Below, in pieces: positions 1 through 12,449 of a DNA stretch of 64,000 bases. Position numbers and translations under genes: made by a program. Source of the DNA: Squalus acanthias (taxonomy: Eukaryota); the NCBI GenBank assembly GCA_030390025.1, contig CM059425.1:244528001-244592000 (forward strand), read 5' to 3'. The first letter of the stretch is position 1, and each line of letters begins with the position of its first letter. Below the pieces are notes generated by a model. The model did no database searches. It was not told the DNA's origin and was given only the letters and a program-made list of their open reading frames with translations.

Positions 1-98
1 AACTGTGTGCGCCTCCCGGGAGCCCTCCGGTCTCGGCGCAGATTTTTCCAAATCGCAGCCCTCACCCGCGGGAGGCCTGCAATCGGAATATCTGGGCC
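1..98. mobile_element. Right end of a GC-rich Harbinger-type non-autonomous element, cut by the window edge
   Basis: Ends in GGAATATCTGGGCC, resembling the AATTT(C/T)(T/C)GG(G)CC termini of the elements at 24515, 56094 and 61070. It abuts an L2 3' tail. Confidence 0.5.
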
Positions 99-212
99 AA
101 TATCTCCTTATGTGGCTCGGTGTCAAATTTTTTTTCATAATCGCTCCTGTGAAGCACCTTGGGATGTTTTACAACGTTAAAGGCGCTTATAAATACAATT
201 TGTTGTTGTTGT
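99..212 (+). mobile_element. L2 LINE 3' tail
   Basis: ATCTCCTTATGTGGCTCGGTGTCAAA...TAAAGGCGCTTATAAATACAATTTGTTGTTGTTG, matching the L2 tails near 10110, 14241 and 42440. Confidence 0.75.
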
Positions 213-560
213 AAATGATGTGCTCATATATTGATTCTTTTGTGGAAGTACGTAGAGACATGTTGAAAGTTAATCACATGCGCTGTCTTTGAAATATCCC
301 CTGATTCACTACAGTAGGACATCCCAGAATTAATCATTCAGTTGGATTTGCTGCCAGGTTCACAGGTTACATAGTCCACTTGGATTTCATTAGGGTAATT
401 TACTGAGGATTACAGTCACATATTTAACCAGGCAATACAGAAAAACATTATTTAAAGGTTTTGTTTTTCCAAAAGAGGTAGTGGTGAGACAGAACAAAGC
501 ATATCTAGGAATACCCCTAGAACTGTATCCTGGGATCCATACTTCCACCAGGCATGTTTA

Positions 561-1866
561 CATAGGATTACACAGGATACACAGCACAGAAACAGGCCAC
601 TCGGCCCAACCAGTCCATGCCGGCGTTTATGCTCCACTCAAGCCTCCTCTCGTCTTTCCTCATCTAAATCTATCAGCATAACCCTCTATTCCCTTCTCCC
701 TCACATGCGTATCTAGCCTCCCTTTAAATGCATCTGTACTATTCGATTCAGCCACTCCCTGTGGTGGCAAGTTCCACATTCTCACCACTCTCTGGGTAAA
801 GAAATTCCTTCTGAATTCCTGATTTGATTTCTTGGTGACTATCTTATATTGATGGCCTCTAGTTTTGCTCTTCCCCACAAGTGGAAACATTCTCTCTGTA
901 TCCACTCTATCAAAACCTTTCATAATTTTAAAGACCTCTATTAGGTCACCCCTCAGCCTTCTCTTTTCAAGAGAAAAAGAGACTCAGCCTGTTCACCCTT
1001 TCCTGATAGGTATACCCTCACATTTCTGGTATCATCTTTGTAAATCTTTTTGCACCCTCTCCAATGCCTCTATATCCTTTTCATTATATGGCGAACAGAA
1101 TTATATGCAGTACTCCAAGTGTGGTCTAACCAATACAAGTTTAGCATAACTTCTCTACTTCTCAATTCAATCCCTCTAGAAATAAACCCTCGTACTTGGT
1201 TTGCTTGTTTTATGGCCTTGTTAACCTGTGTCGCTACTTTCAGTGATTTGTGTATTTGTACTCCGAGATCCCTTTGCTCTTCTACCCCACTAAGATTCGT
1301 ATTTTCCAAGTAATATGTGTCCTACCTCACATTTATCTGTGTTGAATTTCATTTGCCAATTATACGCCCATTCTACTAGTTTATTAATGTCTTCTAATAA
1401 TTTGTTGCAGTCCTCCTTGGTGTTGACTAACCCCTCGCAATTTGGTGTCATCTACAAATTTAGAAATTATATTTTTGATTCCAAAGTCTAAATCATTAAT
1501 ATAAATTGTGAACAACAGTGGTCCCAGCACTGATCCTTGTGGAACACCACTTCCCACCTTCTGCCACTCTGAATAGCTACCCTTTACCCCTACTCTCTGC
1601 TTTCTGTCTTGAAGCCAGCTAGTTATCCATTTTGCTCCTTGTCCCCTGCCTCCACATGCTCGGATCTTATTCATTAATCTATTATGTGGTACCTTAAAGC
1701 CTTGTGAAAATCTAGATAAATTACATCTACTGCATTACCCCTGTATATTCTCTTTGTTACCTCTTCAAAAAATTCGTGAGGTTGGTCAAGCAAGACTTTC
1801 CCTTTTGAAATCGATACTGACTATTCATTATTATGAACAATCCATGCTGACTATTCATTATTATGA
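561..1866 (-). mobile_element. CR1 LINE fragment (RT C-terminus plus 3' end); left part of an element split by the CR1 at 1867-5283
   Basis: Minus-strand ORF pieces SGVPQGSVLGPLLFTIYINDLD, KFVDDTK and FFTQRVVRMWNLPP, with frameshifts and stops. Confidence 0.9.
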
Positions 1867-4800
1867 ACAAGGATGTCACTGAACGGCTGCAGGGCATTCT
1901 GAAGGAGGAGGGCGAACAGTCAGAGGTCGTGGTTCACATTGGTACAACGACATGGGTAGAAAGAGGAATGAGGTCCTGCAACAAGAATTTAGGGAGCTAG
2001 GTAACAGATTAAAAAGCAGAACCTCAAAGGTTGTAATTCTGGATTACTCCTGGTGCCACGTGCTAGTGAGTATAGGAATAGGAGGATAGAGCAGATGAAT
2101 GCGTGGCTAAAGAGTTGGTGCAGGAGGGAGGGCTTTAGTTTCCTGGATCACTGGGTCTGCTTCTGGGGAAGGTGGTGCCTGTACAAGTCGGAGGGTTGCA
2201 CCTGAACCGGAACGGGACCAAAATCCTTGCGGGGAGGCTTGCTAGTACTGTTGGGGGGGGGGGTTTAAACTAACTTGGCAGGGGGATGGGATATGGAGTG
2301 GAGCTATAGTAGGGGGTGATGCACAGCCAAATATAGAGGATAAAACAAGTCAGCCTAGAAGGCAGAGCAAATATGTAACAGCACAAGGGAGTATGGCAAG
2401 GCTGGATGGCATTTATTTTAATGCAAGGAGTCTTGCGAGTAAGGCAGATGAATTGAAGGTGTTGATGGACACATGGGAGTATGATATTGTTGCTATCACA
2501 GAGACATGGTTGAGGGAGGGGCAGGACTGGCAGCTCAATATTCCGGGGTATAGAATCTTCAGGCGAGACAGAGGTGGGTGTAAAAGAGGAGGGGGTGTCG
2601 CAATATTAATCAAGGAGTCAATTACTGCTGTAAGGAGGGATGATATCTTAGCAGGTTCCTCAATGAGGCCATATGGGTAGAACTTAAAAGCAAAAAGGGG
2701 ACAAGCACTTTGCTGGAAGTGTATTATAGGTCCCTAAACAGTCAGGGGGAGATAGAGGAACAGATATGTAGGCAAATCTCAGAGAAGTGTAGAAATAATA
2801 GGGTAATAATAGTAGGGGATTTCAACTTCCCCAATATTAACTGGGATAGTAAGAGTGTGAAAGGCTTAGAGGATGCGGAATTCTTAAAGTGCATCCAGGA
2901 GAGCTTTTTGAGCCAGCATGTAGAAAGTCCTACAAGAGAGGGGGCGGTACTGGACCCAATTCTAGGGAATGTAGCCGGGAAAGTGGTAGAAGTGTCAGTA
3001 GGAGAGCATTTTGGTGACAGTGACCATAATTCAGTGAGATTTAAGGTAGTAATGGAAAAGGACAAAGATGGACCGGAAATAAAGGTTCTAAATTGGGGGA
3101 AGGCTGATTTTAATATGATAAGGCAGGATCTGGCCAAAGTGGACTGGGATCAGCTACTTGTAGGAAAATCCACATCAGAGCAGTGGGAGTCTTTCAGAAA
3201 GGAAATACAACGCCAACATGTTCCCGTAAAGGTCAAGGGTGGGACCAACAAACCCAGGGAACCCTGGATGTCAAGGGATATACAAGAATGGATTAGGAAA
3301 AAAAGGGAGGCTTTTGGCAGATACAAAGGACTAAAAACAGTGGAAGCCCTAGAGGAGTATAGAAAGTGCAGGGGGGGGGCGGGGGGTATTAAAAAAGGAA
3401 ATTAGGACAGTGAAGAGGGGGCATGAAAAAACACTGGCGGGCAAAATAAAGGAAAATCCCAAGGTGTTTTATAAGTATATTAAGGGCAAGAGGATAACCA
3501 GGGAAAGAGTAGGGCCCATTAGGGACCAAAGTGGCAATCTGTGTGTAGAGCCGAAGGATGTAGGTGAGATTTTAAATGGATATTTTGCATCTGTGTTCAC
3601 TATGGAGAAGGACGATGTGTAGGCATAGAAATCAGGCAGGGGGATTGTGATATACTTGAACAAATTAGTATTGAGAGGGAGAAGGTACTAACGGTTGTAG
3701 CGGGCTTAAAACTGGATAAATCCCCAGGCCCTGATGAGATGTATCCCAGGCTGCTGTGTGAGGCAAGGGAGCAGATTGCAGGGGCTCTGACACAAATTTT
3801 CAGAAGCTCTCTCGCTACAGGGGAGGTGCCAGAGGACTGGAGAACAGCTAACGTAGTACCATTATTCAAGAAGGGTAGTAGGGATAAACCAGGGAATTAC
3901 AGGCCAGTGAGCCTAACATCAGTGGTAGGGAAATTATTGGAAAAAATTCTGAGGGACAGAATTAGTCTCCACTTGGAGAGGCAAGGATTAATCAAGGATA
4001 GTCAGCATGGCTTTGTCAGGGGGAGATCATGTCTAACCAATTTGATTGAATTTTGAGAGGGTGTGACTAGGTGTGTGGATGAGGGTAGAGCAGTTGATAT
4101 AGTCTACATGGACTTCAGTAAGGATTTTGACAAAGTCCCGCATGGGAGACTGGTCAAGAAGGTAAGAGCCCATGGGATCCAGGGCAATTTGGCACATTGG
4201 ATCCAAAATTGGCTTAGTGGCAGGAGGCAGAGGGTGATGGTCGAAGGTTGTTTGTGACTGGAAGCCTGTGTCCAGTGGTGTACCGCAGGGATCGGTGTTG
4301 GGTCCTTTGCTGTTTGTAGTGTACATTAATGATTTAGATATGAATGTAGGAGGTATGATCAGTAAGTTCGCAGATGACACAAAAATTGGTGGAGTGGTAA
4401 ATAGCGAGGAGGGAAGCCTCAGGCTACAGGACGATATAGACGAGTTGGTTAGATGAGCAGAACAGTGGCAAATGGAATTTAACCCTGAAAAGTGTGAGGT
4501 GATGCATTTTGGGAGGACCAACAAGGCAAGGGAATACACAATGAATGTTAGGACCCTAGGAAGGACAGAGGATCAGAGGGACCTTGGTGTGCATGTACAT
4601 AGATCCCTGAAGGCAGCAGGACAGGTAGATAAGGTGGTTAAAAAGGCATATGGGATGCTTGCCTTCATTAGCCGAGGCATAGAATATAAGAGCAGGGAGG
4701 TTATGATGGAGCTGTACAAAATGCTAGTTAGGCCACAGCTGGAATACTATGTGCAGTTCTGGTCGCCACACTATAGGAGGGATGTGATTGCATTGGAGAT

Positions 4801-5283
4801 GGTGCAGAGGAGATTCACCAGGATGTTACCTGGGCTGGAGCGCTTCAGCTATGAAGAGAGACTGGACAGGCTGGGGTTGTTTTCCTTCGAGCAGAGAAGG
4901 CTGAGGGGGGACCTGATTGAGGTGTACAAAATGATGAGGGGCATAGATAGGGTAGATAGAAAGGAACTTTTCACCTTAGTAGAGGGGTCAATAACCAGGG
5001 GGCATAGTTTCAAGGTACGGGGTAGGAGGTTTAGAGGGGATTTGAGGAAAAACTTTTTCACCCAGAGGGTGGTTGGAATCTGGAACTCACTGCCTGAAAG
5101 GGTGGTAGAGGCAGGAACCCTCACAACATTCAAGAAGCATTTAGATGAGCACTTGAAACGCCATAGCATACAAGGCTACGGACCAAGTGCTGGAAAATGG
5201 GATTAGAATTGACAGGGCTTGTTGGCCGGCACGGACACGATGGGCCGAAGGACCTCTTTCTGTGCTATATAACTCCATGACTC
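1867..5283 (+). mobile_element. 5'-truncated CR1 LINE (ORF1 C-terminus, complete but disrupted ORF2, 3' UTR)
   Basis: Aligns by eye nearly base for base with 51752-55787 and ends in a TATAACTCCATGACTCT tail. It is inserted in an oppositely oriented CR1. Confidence 0.95.
2393..5206 (+). pseudogene. Disrupted CR1 ORF2 (APE endonuclease plus reverse transcriptase)
   Basis: Endonuclease motifs FNARSL, ITETWL, GDFN and SDH; RT motifs NYRPVSLTS, GVPQGSVLGP and FADDTK. Split into at least 7 ORF pieces by frameshifts and stops. Confidence 0.95.
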
Positions 5284-6338
5284 TGTTATATTTTTGGTTT
5301 CTAGATGTTCTTCTATTTTCTCCTTTAGTAGGGATTCCATTATTTTTCCTACCACCGATGTTAAGCTGACTGATCTGTAGTTCCATGGACATGTTCTATC
5401 TCCCTTCTTAAATATAGGTATTACGTTAGCTATCTGCCAGTCCTTTGGCACGACACCTTGTTCTAACGAATTATTAAATATGTGTAGTAATGCCTCTGCT
5501 ATCTCTTCCCTAGATTCTTTTAAAATGCACGGATGTAATCCGTCCGGACCAGGGGTTTTATCCTCTTTGAGTTTCATTAGTTTATTTAATATATCTCCTC
5601 TTTTTATTTTAAATGCAGTTATCTAATTTCTAATCTCATCATCCGATATCATGTCCACCTGTTCTGTCTCCCTGGTAAATACTGAAGCAAAGTAATTATT
5701 TAATATTTCTGCCATCTCTCTGTCGCTGCCTGTGATATTATCCTGTCCATTCCTTAGTGGTCCTATTCCTATCCTGACTTTCCTTTTTTTATTGATGTGC
5801 CTGGAACATATTTTACTATTTTGTTTTATGTTCGTTGATAATTTAATTTCATAGTTCCTCTTTGCATTTCTAATTTTTTTTGACTTTTCTCCTAATCTCT
5901 TCGTATTCTCTCTTGTCATGCTCTCCCCTACTTAAATGTATGCCTCTTTCCTCATCCTCAATTTTCCCCTCATATCTCTATTCATCCATGGTGTCTCATT
6001 AGTGTTTAGCTTGTTCTTGTTTTTTTGAGGAATATATATTTCCCAGACTCTGTTGAACACCGTTTTAAATATTTCCCATTGCTGTTCTACATCATTGTTT
6101 GGCAATATTGTTGTCCATTTTATTTTCCCAAGTTCTATTCTCAGCCCCCCAAAAATCAGCTTTTCTCTATTCTGTTAACCTGGTCTTTGTCATTCTTATG
6201 TCCTTCTCAATTATTATCTTAAAGCATATTATATGATAGTCACTATTGCCTAGATGTTCCCCTACTTTTACTTATTTTATCTGCTCTGGTTTATTCCCTG
6301 TTATTAGATCCAATAGCGAATCCTCCCTTGTTGGGCTT
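5284..6338 (-). mobile_element. Continuation of the minus-strand CR1 (RT N-terminus and endonuclease end, with deletions)
   Basis: PGPDGLHP, WQIANVIPIFKKG, NYRSVSLTS, LNNYFASVFT and PTREDSLLDL motifs on the minus strand. Confidence 0.9.
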
Positions 6339-6344
6339 GTAATG

Positions 6345-6717
6345 TGAAGTGGGGGGTCGGGGGGACGGGAGGGGGCAGGGAATTCACAAACCTTGTAGCC
6401 ACAGGAAATTGTTAATGGGCCAGGATTTGCTACCAAAATGACGGCGCGTTTAATGCGCACACCCCTATTAATGTGTAAATCGGCCAGCAACTTGTGACGA
6501 GGAAGAGATACCCCATGAACTGCAAATCACCACCAGTTTCTGGACGAGTTGCACCACTCTGCCATTAGCCTCGCGAAAACAGCAACTTGTCCTCCCCACA
6601 CCATTATCAGCTCACACTTCCAGCAACTTGCATCGCAAAACATTTGAGCTGACGGGCAAGGGAAAAAGTCTAATGGGTCACACCGCGAGATGCCCCGCGC
6701 TCCAGCAAATTCTGGGC
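6345..6717. mobile_element. Fragment of a GC-rich Harbinger-type non-autonomous element
   Basis: CpG-rich island ending in AAATTCTGGGC, like the other TIRs in the window. The left end was not found. Confidence 0.4.
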
Positions 6718-7552
6718 AAACCAGGTGAAAATATCCCAAAATTTCCCTCAGCACATAACCTTCCTTGTAACTTTATCTCCATAATAAAACAATTTATGAA
6801 GAAAGCAAGATCATTTTTTCTGTACATGTAATCAAGTTACACTATTATAGAAAACCAATGATAAGAAAATATCGTGTATGCAAAACCTACTATATTTAAG
6901 GATTAATCATAGCGTTGATGCGAGAATAGTGCTTGTGAATAGTACCGCTATTACAATACAACTGTAAACAGCTTGGATTGTTATACTAATATATTTGGTC
7001 TTAATTCTCCACTTACGTCACTGCAATTAATTTCACTTTTACAGTAGTGGCAGCCACTTTAAGAATAATTGTGACCTCTTTGTGAACTTAGGAATTACAA
7101 ATATTTGTACAGCGGAGGATGGAAGCACAATGTCGAGGAGAAATCAGCAGTTCTTATACTGCCTTTAGGTCTTAATTGGTCTCCATGGTATTCAGCATGT
7201 TATTTTTTAAAGTGACTTTTCACTTTCAGTAAATGCATTTTTATTTATTTTCAAGTTAGAAGTCAAAAATGGCATAAGCAGGACATAAAAAAGCAGATTA
7301 TTTTGGTAAAAAGAGAAAAAAAAAATCTATTTTATTTTAAATTCCCCTCACCGAATACTTCCAGCCTAGACAGGAGTTTAGAAAAATGGGCAGACAGGGG
7401 GCACAGGCAGTGAACACTGATAAATGAGGAGATACATTTTTGGAGAAAATAAAAAGGATTTCAAGTAAACATTCAATGGCAAAATGCTGTAGATGAATAA
7501 TGAGACCATGGAATTCAAATACATCATTCCAGGAAAGTTCATGTGGAGGTAA

Positions 7553-8810
7553 TGTCAGCATCGGCGCAAGACCCAAGGATTCTTTTTTGTATCGGACATT
7601 TTGTGTGATTGTTACTGCTGTTCGACCAGCAGTCTGTTTGGCCCAGTGGTAGGGGCGTGGTGCAGTTGCACAGACACACCTGTGAGTTTCAATTTAACTA
7701 TGGAAAAGACATTTACTTTGGAGAATGAGCGTCTCGATAGGTGATTTAATGGTGTATGGATGATTTAATTTTGGACAATGAGACTTCGTGTTTTAATGGG
7801 TTTTGATGGATCGTCAATTGGATAAGACAACGATGCCAGTTTCGCTGGAACAATGAACTTCCTGGCCTCAATGAAAAACACTTTAACCTTGGGCAAAACA
7901 CATCAGCAGTCAGACTAAATCACATCAAATATGTACCACAGGGAGGGGGAGACAAGATAAGGAATTATCTTCCATCCCCCAGCCCTGTACACGTCCTGTG
8001 GTTTGGATTACTGGGTGTGTATTGGAATACAAGAGTTGGGGGAAGGCCCAGACTCGAAAAGGCGGGAACCAGACAAAGAAGGGTGATTTAAAAGACATCA
8101 CTGCAATACACAGGCAAAATGAACTTCTCAGGTATACAGAGAAGGCAGCTTTGGCCATTTTCTCTCTCTCTCTCGCTTACTCTCGCCTTTACGTGCCCTC
8201 ATCTCTGAACCAAGAACCGAGCACTCCGTCCAGGACGGAGAGAAGAAACCACCACGAGCGACAAGATCCTTGCCTTGCTCTTTGACTGTAGGAATGAACC
8301 TCGAAACTGGGACTTGGATACTGTATCGGCGATATGGAACCAGGAGACACGTTCTACACAGGGGAGCAGCGAGCAAGAAAACGGACAATCGGAGTGAACA
8401 TTGTTCAAGCCCACGCATCCTTAAGACCACCGGTACTGTGTGAGGGGGTGTTGTGTGTCCCAACCAATCTAGAGGGGTTTAGTGGGGAGGTTCTGTGTGT
8501 ATTATATAGTGTATGTTCCGGGGTTTGTGGGACAAGTTCATGTTATACTGTATTGCAACACAGTGTGATTTTAGGCGTCTTAATACGAGACAGGGGCCTG
8601 TTCGATGGGCCAAGTTGTGTTGTTGTACTGTTTGCTTTACGCCACCAGGCATTTTACGTACTGGAGGCAGGTGTGTGTGTTAACCTTATTAAACACCGTA
8701 CGGTTGAGTCCGAAAAGCTTGTCTGTGTTTCAATCCTGTTCACCGTAATTCCTGTCGTAAAGAATTAAGTAGGGGGGGGTGATTCGAACCACCAAAGAAA
8801 ACCACCTACA
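7553..8810 (+). mobile_element. Solo LTR (ERV- or Gypsy-type), 1258 bp
   Basis: Begins TGTCA and ends CTACA, flanked by a perfect 4-bp GTAA duplication (7549-7552, 8811-8814). Removing it rejoins an old CR1. TATA-like TTTAAAA near 8087 and ATTAAA near 8688. Confidence 0.8.
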
Positions 8811-9410
8811 GTAAATAAAGCTATAAAAGGGCCAACTGCATTTTGGGTTTCATAAATAAGGTACACAGTGTACAAGTAAAGAAGTCATGTTAAATTTGTA
8901 CAAAGCAATGATTGGACCACAGTTAGAATGGGCACTACAATGTAGAAAGGACATTAAAGCCATTGAAATGCACAGCATAGATTCACCAGAATCATATCAG
9001 GGTTGAGAAACTATAATTAGGAGGACAGACTTGGACTATTTCCACTGGAGCAGAGAAGACTTGGAGGAGATTTAACAAAAAGTTTTTTGTTAATTATAAA
9101 GAGTTTTAATAGAGTGAATAGGGAAATACTATTTTCTCTGATTGGGAGTCAGTGACAAGGGATCATCAATTTGAAATTGTGTGAGGAGAGTGCCCAGGAG
9201 AAATTTATTTGTGCAGATGGTTAGAGCAAGGAACGCTTTGCCAAAGAAAATGGTTGAGGCAGATTTCATTGCATCTCGAGAGAAAATTTGAAGTAGAGGA
9301 AGAGACAGGGCAATGGGGAGAATGTGGAGCAGCGGGATTATTTTTGAATTGTGTAGCAAAGAGCTGAGACAGACACCGTTAGTTGAATGGCCTCTTCCGG
9401 CACTGTGAGC
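8811..9410 (+). mobile_element. Old degenerate CR1 3' fragment, continuing from about 7400-7552
   Basis: Decayed VNKAIK..AN, RP.LE and RFTR motifs, followed by a CR1-type 3' UTR (TTGAATGGCCTCTTC). Confidence 0.7.
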
Positions 9411-9429
9411 TTTTATGGTTCCTCAGTGA

Positions 9430-9812
9430 CCTCCACTGGGTTATTTCCTTAATTGCAGTGACTTCAAAATCCTCATTTACAAATCCCTCCATGATTTTGC
9501 ACAGCCCTACCACTGCAACCTCCTCCAGCCCTACATCCCCACCCAGAGCTCCCACTCTGGCCTACTGCTTTTTAGCCCCCAACTATTGGTGACAGAACTT
9601 TCAGTCATCTTGTGTCCGCACTCTGAAGTTGTCGTCATAAACCCTTCTGCCTCTTGTATCCTGCCTCAAGTTTAAAAGCATTTCAACATGCCTTTGACCA
9701 CCTTTCCTAACATCTCCCCAAACTCTGCTGCTTGGGTCAGACCCTGACTTGCAAAGTCCATTGGAAAGTAATCAGATGTTAAAGACCTCTATATAAAATA
9801 AGTCACTGTTGA
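9430..9812 (+). mobile_element. Degenerate L2 3' fragment
   Basis: Similar to the reverse complement of 10260-10520 (GACCTCCACTGG...AAATCCCTCCATG...CTCCTCCAGCCCTAC). Confidence 0.55.
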
Positions 9813-10110
9813 TAAATTGAACTTGTAAAAAAACCAAGCCGTTGTGCACATTTCTGCATCTTCCTGCTCTCTCAGGACTGACTGTTACAGATTTTCATCT
9901 CAGATGAATGACCTTTCAACATTAATACTTGACACAGAAATGGCAAACTGACAATTGGACACTTGTACTTAAAGATCCTGGGTAACAGAGATGAGCTCAG
10001 CAAGATACTCATCAAACTATGTACACATCACACGAACGACATTAAATGGATGAAAATTAAAGCGATAGTCTGCAAAGAAAGAAATAACTTGCATTTATAT
10101 AGCACCTTTT

Positions 10111-11103
10111 AACAACAACAACAACTTTATTTATATGATAGCAAATAGTGCCTTTAACGTAGTAGAACGTCCCAAGGCGCTTCACAGGAGTATTATAAGA
10201 CAAAAATTTGATACCGAGCCACATAAGAAGAAATTAGGACAGATGACCAAAAGTTTTAAGGAGCGTCTTAAAGGAGGAAGGAGAGGCGGAGAGGTTTAGG
10301 GAGGGAAATCTAGAGCTTAAGGCCTAGGCAGTTGAAGGCACAGCCACCAATGTTTGAGCGATTATAATCAGGGATGCACAAGTGGCCAGAATTAGAGGAA
10401 GGCAGATATTGCGGGGGGGTTGTGGGGCTGGAGGAGATTACAGAAGTAGGGAGGGGCGAGGCCATGGCAGGATTTGAAAACAAGGATGAGAATTTTGAAA
10501 TCAAGGTATTGCTTAACCAGGAGCCAATGTAGGTCAGCGAGCACAGGAGTGATGGGTGAATGGGACTTGGTGCGAGTTAGGACACGGGCAGCCGAGTTTT
10601 GGATGACCTCAAGTTTACATAGGGTAGAACATGGGAGGCCAGCCAGGAGTGTGTTGAAATAGTCAAGTCTAGAGGTAACAAAAGGCATGGATGAGGGTTT
10701 CAGCAGCAGATGAGCTGAGGCAGGGGCAGAGACGGACGATGTTATGGAGGTGGAAATAGGCGGTCTTAGTTATGCCTCGGATGTGTGGCCAGAGGCTCAT
10801 TTCAGGGTCAAATATGACACCAAGGTTGCGAACAGTGTATTTCAGCCTCAGACAGATGCTCGGGCGAGGGATGGAGTCAATGGCTAGGGAACGGAGTTTG
10901 TGGCAAGGACCGAAAACAATGGCTTTGGCCTTCCCATTATTTAATTGGAGAAAATTTCTGCTCATCCAGTACTGGATGTCAGCCAAGCAGTCTGACAATT
11001 TAGAGACCGTGGCGGGGGTCGAGAGAATTGGTGATGAGGTAGAGCTGGGTGTCGTCAGCGTACACGTGGAAACTGACGCTGTTTTCAGATGATGTCGCCA
11101 AGG
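10111..11103 (-). mobile_element. L2 LINE 3' portion, inserted into the tail of a Deu-type SINE
   Basis: YADDTQLY-type RT region near 11040-11070, WMSRNFLQLN, AFVTSRLDY and IQNSAARVL. (AAC)n tail at 10111-10125; the SINE tail is left at about 10075-10110. Confidence 0.9.
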
Positions 11104-11104
11104 G

Positions 11105-11520
11105 TCACAATCATCTCAAAGCGCTTTACAGCCAATGAAGTATTTTTGAAGTGTAGTCACTGTTGTAATGTAGGAAATGCGGCAGCCAATTTGCGCACAG
11201 CAAGGTCCCATAAACAGCAATGAGATCATGACCAGATAATCTGTTTTTCAGTGATCCTGGTTGAGGGATGAATATTGGCCAGGACGCAAGGAGAACTCCC
11301 TTGCTCCTCTTCGATTAGTGCCATGGGATCTTTGACATCTACCTGAGATGGGAGACAGGACCTTGGTTTAACATCTCATCTGAAAGACCTTGAAAGTGCA
11401 GAACTTCCTCAGTGCCGAACTGGAATGTCAGCCTGGATTATGTGCTCAACTCTCTGGAGTGTGTCTTGAACTGACAGCCTTCTGACTCAGAGGCGAGAGT
11501 GCTACCACTGAACCAAGGAG
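11105..11520 (-). mobile_element. tRNA-derived Deu-type SINE (SacSINE1/AmnSINE1-like)
   Basis: tRNA-like head (CAGTGGTAGCACTCTCGCCTCTGAGTCAGAAGG on the minus strand) and the same central domain and tail as 33205-33660. Confidence 0.8.
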
Positions 11521-11610
11521 TACAATCATTGAAGAGAATTCACTCTTTTTAAACGAGTCAACGACTTGTACTGAATACCAGTGCAATTTTTCGCCCAATT
11601 CACAAGTCGT

Positions 11611-11730
11611 AGGCCTGTAAATTCCTCGGAGCTGCTCACAGTCCACCGGCGTTACTTTGCCAAAAGTGCGGCAGAAACCCCAGCAAAGTAACACCGGCAG
11701 AGCGGGAGCAGCTGCGACAAAATTTTCGCC
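11611..11730. mobile_element. Short palindromic MITE
   Basis: Inverted arms GAGCTGCTC..CCGGCGTTACTTTGC and GCAAAGTAACACCGG..GAGCAGCTG, with Harbinger-like ends. Confidence 0.6.
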
Positions 11731-11949
11731 GATAGAAGATACATTTTGTGACACAAATGCTTGCCATTTTTAATACTTGGTGGTCACAAAACCCTAAAGT
11801 TGGCCTCAAAATTTCAATGAACAGTGAAAGTCAAGCAGACTAAAATTGCACTGGTAGCTGGTCTATCCTCAAAACTCTTCAAACTTACTCTCAAGTAGAA
11901 CTCTGGCATTAACCCCAACTATACTGAATACCTGACAGATGCAAATATT

Positions 11950-12449
11950 CATAGAATCATCGAAAGTTACAGCACGGAAGGAGGCCATTTCGGCCCATCG
12001 TGTCCGCGCCGGCCAACAAAGAGCGATCCAGCCTAATCCCACTTCCCAGCTCTTGGTCCGTAGCCCTGCAGGTCAGAACATCCCAAGTGCACATCCAAGT
12101 ACTTTTTAAATGTGGTTAGGGTTCCTGCCTCTACCACCCTTTCAGGCAGTGAGTTCCAGACCTCCACAACCCTCTGGGTGAAGAAATTTCCCCTCAAATC
12201 CCCTCTAAACCTTCCACCAATTACTTTAAATCTGTGCTCCCTGGTTTTTAACCCCTCTGCTAAGGGAAATAGGTCCTTTCTATCCACTTTATCTATGCTC
12301 CTCATAATTTTATACACCTCAATAAGGTCTCCCTCAGCCTCCTCTGTTCCAAGGAAAACAGACCCAGCCTATCCAGTCTTTCCTCATAGCTAAGATTCTC
12401 TACTCCCGGCAACATCCTTATAAATCTCCTCTGTACCCTCTCTAGTGCA
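11950..12449 (-). mobile_element. 5'-truncated CR1 (3' end)
   Basis: ORF 12033-12317 ends FFTQRVVEVWNSLP...QGYGPRAGKWD*. CATAGAATCAT tail. Near-identical to 17627-18037. Confidence 0.92.

Noticed and set aside
2742-5169. Minus-strand ORFs overlapping CR1 ORF2 (also 53753-54376)
   Set aside because: These are shadow antisense frames of the LINE coding sequence.
7925-8768. Short ORFs as retroviral genes
   Set aside because: They lie within the solo LTR and show no gag, pol or env motifs.
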